This document shows, piece after piece, positions 58,191 to 64,000 of a stretch of 64,000 nucleotides of DNA. The notes beneath the pieces are model-generated. The model worked only from the letters and a program-made list of their open reading frames with translations. It did no database searches and was not told the origin of the DNA. This stretch comes from Eledone cirrhosa. Its lineage: Eukaryota. Numbering within the stretch: the stretch's first letter is position 1; every line of letters starts with the position of its first letter. A program made the translations under genes and the position numbers. The DNA lies in the NCBI GenBank assembly GCA_964016885.1, contig OZ024742.1:335234001-335298000 (forward strand), written 5' to 3'.

Positions 58191-58564
58191 ATATAAGTTA
58201 AAACAATGAAATAAAAAATCAAGTCATTAGAGATATACTTCATTGCTTTACGATCGTTTCTAGATGATGATAATACATTGTAGCTATACTCCGTTATTGA
58301 TCTATGTAAGGTTAGTTACAAAATGTCAGATAAAGAGAATATTTACTTACATGCATATCACCAGCTGTTTTCAAAAGCTTTTGAAAACAGCTGGTGATAT
58401 GCATGTAAGTAAATATTCTCTTTATCTGATATTTTGTAACTAACCTTACATAGATCAATAACGGAGTATAGCTACAATGTATTATCATCATCTAGAAACG
58501 ATCGTAAAGCAATGAAGTATATCTCTAATGACTTGACTTTTTATTTCATTGGTTTAACTTATAT
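58191..58564. repeat. Spacerless near-perfect palindrome of about 370 bp centred on AAGCTT (58375-58380)
   Basis: Direct reading; abuts (TA)n; each arm has GAAACGATCGTA. Confidence 0.92.
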
Positions 58565-58896
58565 ATATATATATATATATATAAATGAAGTATTTCCGTA
58601 GGAAAGGTAAAGGAAAAGAGAGTGCTCTATGTAGGCTACAGAGATGTTTAGTTAAGTATATGCGTGAGTTTGTGTATGTTTATGTTTTGGATATTTATTT
58701 ATATATTTTTTCCCCTCGATGTTTTGCCTGTTATTTTATTTCAGCCTCACTTTCATTTATCCTAAATTCTGTTTTCAAATCTATATTAAATAAATATTTC
58801 ATATTATTTTTCTGGTGAATGAAGACAGACATAAATATCTGTCTTCAAGAAACCACTGGTAAATGAAATAATTATCTTATGTTGTTTATTACATAA

Positions 58897-58924
<28 letters not shown>

Positions 58925-58927
<3 letters not shown>

Positions 58928-59102
58928 CTTCCAGTCCACACTGTAAACGTGGTTGGTGTTAGGAAGGGCATCCAGCCGTAGAAAACCCGCCAGACAGTCC
59001 TATACGAGCAGGACAACAAATCCTGACTCAAGTGGGAAAACTCCCGTCCAAACCCATGCAAGCGTGGAAGATGGACGTTAAACGATGATAATGATGATGA
59101 TG
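58925..59102 (+). mobile_element. SINE/LINE 3' tail with (GAT)n
   Basis: GGTTGGTGTTAGGAAGGGCATCCAGCCGTAGAAA...GGACGTTAAACGATGAT. Confidence 0.65.
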
Positions 59103-59384
59103 ATATATATATATATATATATAAATGGAATAGAATGAAACGAAATTTCATTTCTCACTCTTAGTACGGCAGTTACTTAAATGTAAGTATGTATGTATGT
59201 CTACGTACATACATATATGTATACAGACGTACAGTAGTATGTATATATATACATACATGCACACATATATATATGCATGTATCGGTTTACCGAACATTTA
59301 TTATAATATGTGTGCATGTATGTATATATGTACATATTACTGTACGTCCGTATACATATATGTATGTACGTATACATACATACA

Positions 59385-59992
59385 TGGTGGCTGCCAACTC
59401 GTTTTCGAGTACGGCCACTACTTTATATCCATGTAGGAGAACCCCTACCGATGCGCTGAACAAGTGTGACTTTTTAGTCCAACCAGCGACTTGAAAACTC
59501 TGGTACAAACACTACACTTGTGACAATTATTGACACATAATGCTGGGCCCATGGTACCATGTGACAACAAGTGCAGAGTGATCTCCAGATATAAAGCAAT
59601 GCCTGTGCCGTGAAGCTTTTATAGTGAGCAAAGGCACTGCACAAAGCCAGTCCCACTCTCTTAACCAAGATGATATTTACCAAAAAGAAGAACAAGTCAA
59701 CATCATTGGATACCATCAGGGTTGCAGGTCTTATATCAGAGTTTTCCTTCTGCTAGAATTCTGCCTTGACAAAGGCTAAGGGTTCATCTCTCCCGGTGAT
59801 TTTGGATGGCCATCGACTCTTAAGAGTTTCTTTGCCCTTTGACAGGTTTTGTTTTTAGTCCTGCAGGATGTCCAAAGTCACCCTCCTCACCAAGAAACCT
59901 TGGTGGGGTTGCCAGTTTAGTCGCCAACGACCCGACCATGAGACAGGTGGTACTGGGATACATGTTACCAGTAGCACCAACTGGTGACCTGA
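59385..59992 (-). mobile_element. Bipartite RTE-derived non-autonomous element (longer copy)
   Basis: RTE-like 5' UTR plus HKCSVCTRVFKSLVGLKSH remnant; same 3' end as the 32955 copy. Confidence 0.65.
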
Positions 59993-60178
59993 CAACAACA
60001 ACAACAGTGACAACAACAAAAACAACAGTGACAACAACAACACCAACAACAACAACAGTGACAACAACATACATACATACTTATATACATATATATATAT
60101 ATTACGTTATGGAATACTGTTAGCTTCTCGCTACAACTATTTCTATACTTTTCATTTATATATATATAATATATATAT

Positions 60179-60393
60179 AGTAATAATAATAAATTTGAAG
60201 ACTAAAATCCAAAGAGGGCTCGAGAAGGATAAATATATATCAAATATATAAGAACCGTAGAGCAAATATTTATTAAAATAACAGATTAAAGTTTAAGCAA
60301 AGAATCGCTGCTTTCACCCTTAACGGGATCTTCTGAAACTAACAAAGTCAATCTGACAGATTGAAGAAACTTTAATCTGTTATTTTAATAAAT
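60179..60393 (-). mobile_element. Solo pLTR of the 405-1488 family with short inverted piece; CAGAAGA hammerhead at 60290-60340
   Basis: Near-identical reverse complement of 1311-1488; 60369-60393 inverts 60268-60293. Confidence 0.8.
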
Positions 60394-60408
60394 TAATATA
60401 TATATATA

Positions 60409-60451
<43 letters not shown>

Positions 60452-60501
60452 CATATATATATATGATATATATATATGACATATATGTGTATGTATGTAT
60501 A

Positions 60502-61909
60502 TATGACAACATGAAGGCTTGGGTTAATGTCGGGGGTAACATGTCGGAGCCTATCTCAGTAAAAAATGGAGTGAAACAGGGGGATATTCCAGCACCGACC
60601 CTGTTTGCCATATACTTTGCAATGGTTTTCTGTATTGCATTCAGGAATTGCGAGCATGGTGTTTACATCCGATATCGAACCTCAGGCAGTATATTTAACA
60701 TCAGGCGCTTTGCTGCGAAGACAAAAGTATTTACGTCAATCATAAGAGACCTCTTCTATGCAGATGATTGCGATCTTGTAGCGCACACAGAGAGTGATAT
60801 GCAGCACATTTTGAATGCATTTTCTGACGCTTGCACTACCCTAGGTCTGACTGTCAGTCTCAAGAAAACCGTCGTCATGTACCAACCTGCCCCTGGTAAG
60901 CAGTACACTGAACCAAACATCTATGTGTATGGCAAACGACTTGGAGTGGTTGATCAGTTTGTCTACCTGGGAAGCACTGTCAATCGATACAGCAACCTTG
61001 ACAGTGAAATCTCAAGCGATGCTTTCGGAACGACTCTGGGGTCGGCGAGACATATGCAGGAGAAAAAAGGTAAAGGTGTACAGGGCATGTGTGCTCTCTT
61101 GTCTTCTTTATGGCTGCGAGACCTGGGTCACATATCGACACCACCTTAAGCAATTGGAGCGTATCCATCAGATGTGTCTCAGACGGATCCATGGCGTTCA
61201 CTGGAGGGACCACATCAGTGATGTCGAGATTTTGGAAAGCATTATGTGTGACAGTATAGAAGCTCTTGTGCTTAAGCAACTACTCGGTTGGATTGGTCAC
61301 CTTGCCAGGATGAAGGATTCTAGAATACCAAAACAACTCTTTTATGGAGAGTTGGTTAAAGGAAAACGACCGCCACATAAACCAAAAAAGAGGTATAAGG
61401 ATTCCTTGAAAGCCTCTCTGAAAGACGCTAACATCTCTGCTGATACATGGGAAAATATTGCTGCTGATCGTAATAAATGGAGAAAGACTGTATATGAGGG
61501 AAAAGTTGCCTTTGAGGCATCTCGAATCGCATACGAGAAAGTAAAGCGGGATGTGAGGAAGGGTATTGCTGTTGCACTTCCAGACGACGAGGGTCCTCCT
61601 ATGGTGCTGACATGCAGCGTATGTGCGAGACTCTGCCTAAGCAAAGCTGGACTCGAAAGTCATCTTCGCAGTCATAAAGTAAGACCAGTGGTTGACTACC
61701 AGGCTGCTGTTGGAGATGCTACTCATCATGCTTGCCGAACTTGTGGTAGAGAATGTAAATCAGCAGGAGGGCTCAAGCGACATGCAAAAGTACATGAACT
61801 CCAACCACAGCCGACTATTCCCAGTGAATGTTTTGGTTGCCGACTCTGTGCAAGACATTTTAGATCATTGGTTGGGCTAAAAAGCCACATTCGATCGCAG
61901 CGCTGTTAG
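60502..61909 (+). pseudogene. RTE-BovB-like LINE, 5'-truncated: RT plus C-terminal triple zinc finger
   Basis: GVKQGDIPAPTLF, LFYADD, FVYLGS, LLYGCETW, RIPKQLFYGEL, CSVC/CRTC/CRLC fingers; frameshift and deletion at about 61016. Confidence 0.92.
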
Positions 61910-62258
61910 TTGCTATCGTGTGTGTGTGTGTGTGTGTAGATATGCTTATGTGTGTGCGTGTGTGTGTATATATATATATGTATATGTATATTATTATTGT
62001 TGTTGTCGTTATTATTATTGTTGTTATTGTTATTATTATTATTATTGACGAAAGTGGATGTACGTTTTTTTGAAGCTCCGTGAGTAAGCAATATTTTCAG
62101 GATTAATTGTAGAGAATTGTTTATTTTTTGTACCGCTGAAGCATTATAAGACATTCATTTGTATCCTGTGAAGGAATAACTCATAATATTTGGGCCTTTT
62201 GGCCCAAATATTTGAACTTTATTTTGGAAAAAAATAATAATTTTTTTCTCAAATAAAC

Positions 62259-64000
62259 ATGGCGGAGCCACGCCCCCTAGAGGCGGGTCTGCTGTCGTGC
62301 AACGGCGACTTGAGCGTTGAGAGGAGAGGTGAGGCGAGGAGCGCCACCAGCACGAGTGTGAGCAGCGACAGTGCCAGCACCAACGGGCCGAGCGGCGCGG
62401 AAGGTGGTAACAGCGACAACACCAACACCAACAAGCCGAACAGCGCAGAAGGTGGTAATAGCGAGAGCACCAACAAAACGAACAGCACAGAGAGTAATAG
62501 TAGCGACAGCAACAGCACCAACAAGGCCAACAGCACAGAGGGTAACCACGACACAGGGGAGAACAACAACAGCAATAGCAGCAGCAAAACCAACAAGAAC
62601 AACAACAGTGACAACACCAACAAGAACACCTTCGCTGCTGTGGCAGCGGCTAAAAGGAGACCATGCTACAGCATCGACTTAACCAACAGAGAGGAAAAGT
62701 TGGCCCAGGCCTGGAAAATCATAAATCAAGAGCAGACCTGGGCAAACTTAACTGTCCCGGCAGAAGCCATTGAGGCAGTGGAAAAAAGAACGGTGCATTT
62801 CAGATGCATCTCAGTAGAAACAAAGAGGGCAGCGATAATCGCCCAAGCTGATATAGAAGCCGCACTGAAATACATCAGAGAGGACACAGACTTCATAGAG
62901 AGGGGCAGGCAATACGGCACCGTTTCGGTGCTGTTCAAGTCTGAAGCCCTCGCTGTGAAGCATTCAATGACCCCTTGCAAAACCAGCAAGGTTATAATGT
63001 ACCCCTCCCACATGGGAAAACGAATAGCACGTGTGCGCATTCCCAGGATTCCACCAGGACTTGATATGTGGTGGCTCCTGGGTTGCGTAATCGTGGAAGG
63101 AACGGATACAGTCCCGGTAGAGGCAACGAGAACTGCCAGGGACGACTGGTCCGGGGTTGATCTGGAGATACTGCTCCAAATCAGACCCGAAAACGTAAAA
63201 GCAATCCCGGACCACATCCGCCTCCAAAACGGGAGGGTGTTGCATATAATGACTGAGGGCAAAAGGCCGCATTGTTTCCTTTGTGGGGAAACGACACACT
63301 TGCGAGCCTTCTGCCCTCAACTGCCGAAAAGCGCAAGGGGTCGAAAGATTCCACTGCTGGCGACGCCGGGACAAGGACCACCAGCAACACCGTCAACAAT
63401 GGAACCACCAAAATTGCACACCCAGGGGGGAAACGAGGAAAGCTCTCCCATTCCCCCTCCCCCCCAAAATACACACACGAACAAGAACATAAACACTCAC
63501 TCAGACACAAACACGCTCACAGCCACAGACCCCTCATCCTCCAGCAGTGAAGATGAGGGAAAACCAAAGTCCCCCAAAATACAAAAAACAAAACACAAAA
63601 AAAAAAGAAATCCACAAAGCACAAACACCCCCACAAAAAAAAATACACACACCACCCACACAAACATTTTCCCCACAGCATCACCAACACAACCACCAAA
63701 ATCCCCCAAACGCAAACAAGCTAAACAGACACAAGAACAAATAGACACACAAACATCAGAAACTACAGACACCCCACCCACAACAAACGCAGACACAATA
63801 GAAACAACACTAACAAAGCTATCACCACCACAATCACACGAACAAATAAAACCCGAGCAACAAAACATTAAAAACTTCGTGCTTGCCAGAAGGGCCAACA
63901 AGGAATTGATGGCCCATGTAGCACGAAGCACAAACATCGAAAAAGACGGGGAAACATTTGAAGCGAGCACATTTCGCGTACCAGATAATTTGCTTCTGAT
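62259..64000 (+). CDS. L1/Tx1-like ORF1 (gag-like, CCHC knuckle), open to window end
   Basis: ATG at 62259; MAEPRP..N/S-rich..TFAAVAA..RVRIPRIPP..CFLCGETTHLRAFC; no stop seen in 580 codons, which would explain its absence from the ORF track. Confidence 0.75.
   Translation, partial: MAEPRPLEAGLLSCNGDLSVERRGEARSATSTSVSSDSASTNGPSGAEGGNSDNTNTNKPNSAEGGNSESTNKTNSTESNSSDSNSTNKANSTEGNHDTGENNNSNSSSKTNKNNNSDNTNKNTFAAVAAAKRRPCYSIDLTNREEKLAQAWKIINQEQTWANLTVPAEAIEAVEKRTVHFRCISVETKRAAIIAQADIEAALKYIREDTDFIERGRQYGTVSVLFKSEALAVKHSMTPCKTSKVIMYPSHMGKRIARVRIPRIPPGLDMWWLLGCVIVEGTDTVPVEATRTARDDWSGVDLEILLQIRPENVKAIPDHIRLQNGRVLHIMTEGKRPHCFLCGETTHLRAFCPQLPKSARGRKIPLLATPGQGPPATPSTMEPPKLHTQGGNEESSPIPPPPQNTHTNKNINTHSDTNTLTATDPSSSSSEDEGKPKSPKIQKTKHKKKRNPQSTNTPTKKNTHTTHTNIFPTASPTQPPKSPKRKQAKQTQEQIDTQTSETTDTPPTTNADTIETTLTKLSPPQSHEQIKPEQQNIKNFVLARRANKELMAHVARSTNIEKDGETFEASTFRVPDNLLL

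Overview
Eukaryotic, AT-rich, microsatellite-saturated DNA, most likely from an octopus or other cephalopod (inferred from the SINE and LINE families). No host gene can be confidently supported. The window holds decayed retroelements: three Penelope-like elements (PLEs) of apparently different clades, L1/Tx1 ORF2 and ORF1, RTE fragments, an RLE-type 3' end and many tRNA-SINEs. It also holds DNA transposons (hAT MITE, Tigger/pogo, mariner MITE, Helitron), a 7-kb 15-bp GGT/AGT minisatellite and a 200-N assembly gap. The main unexplained signal is a recurring architecture: short non-coding foldback (palindromic) inserts in or beside (TA)n tracts. Several carry fully foldable type I hammerhead ribozymes, in some cases on both strands, and one family shares a non-canonical CAGAAGA core. 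Also notable are a bipartite RTE-derived mini-element with a structured 5' RNA and a foldback element containing two convergent tRNA-like Pol III units. All folds and translations were done by eye; no database searches were run.
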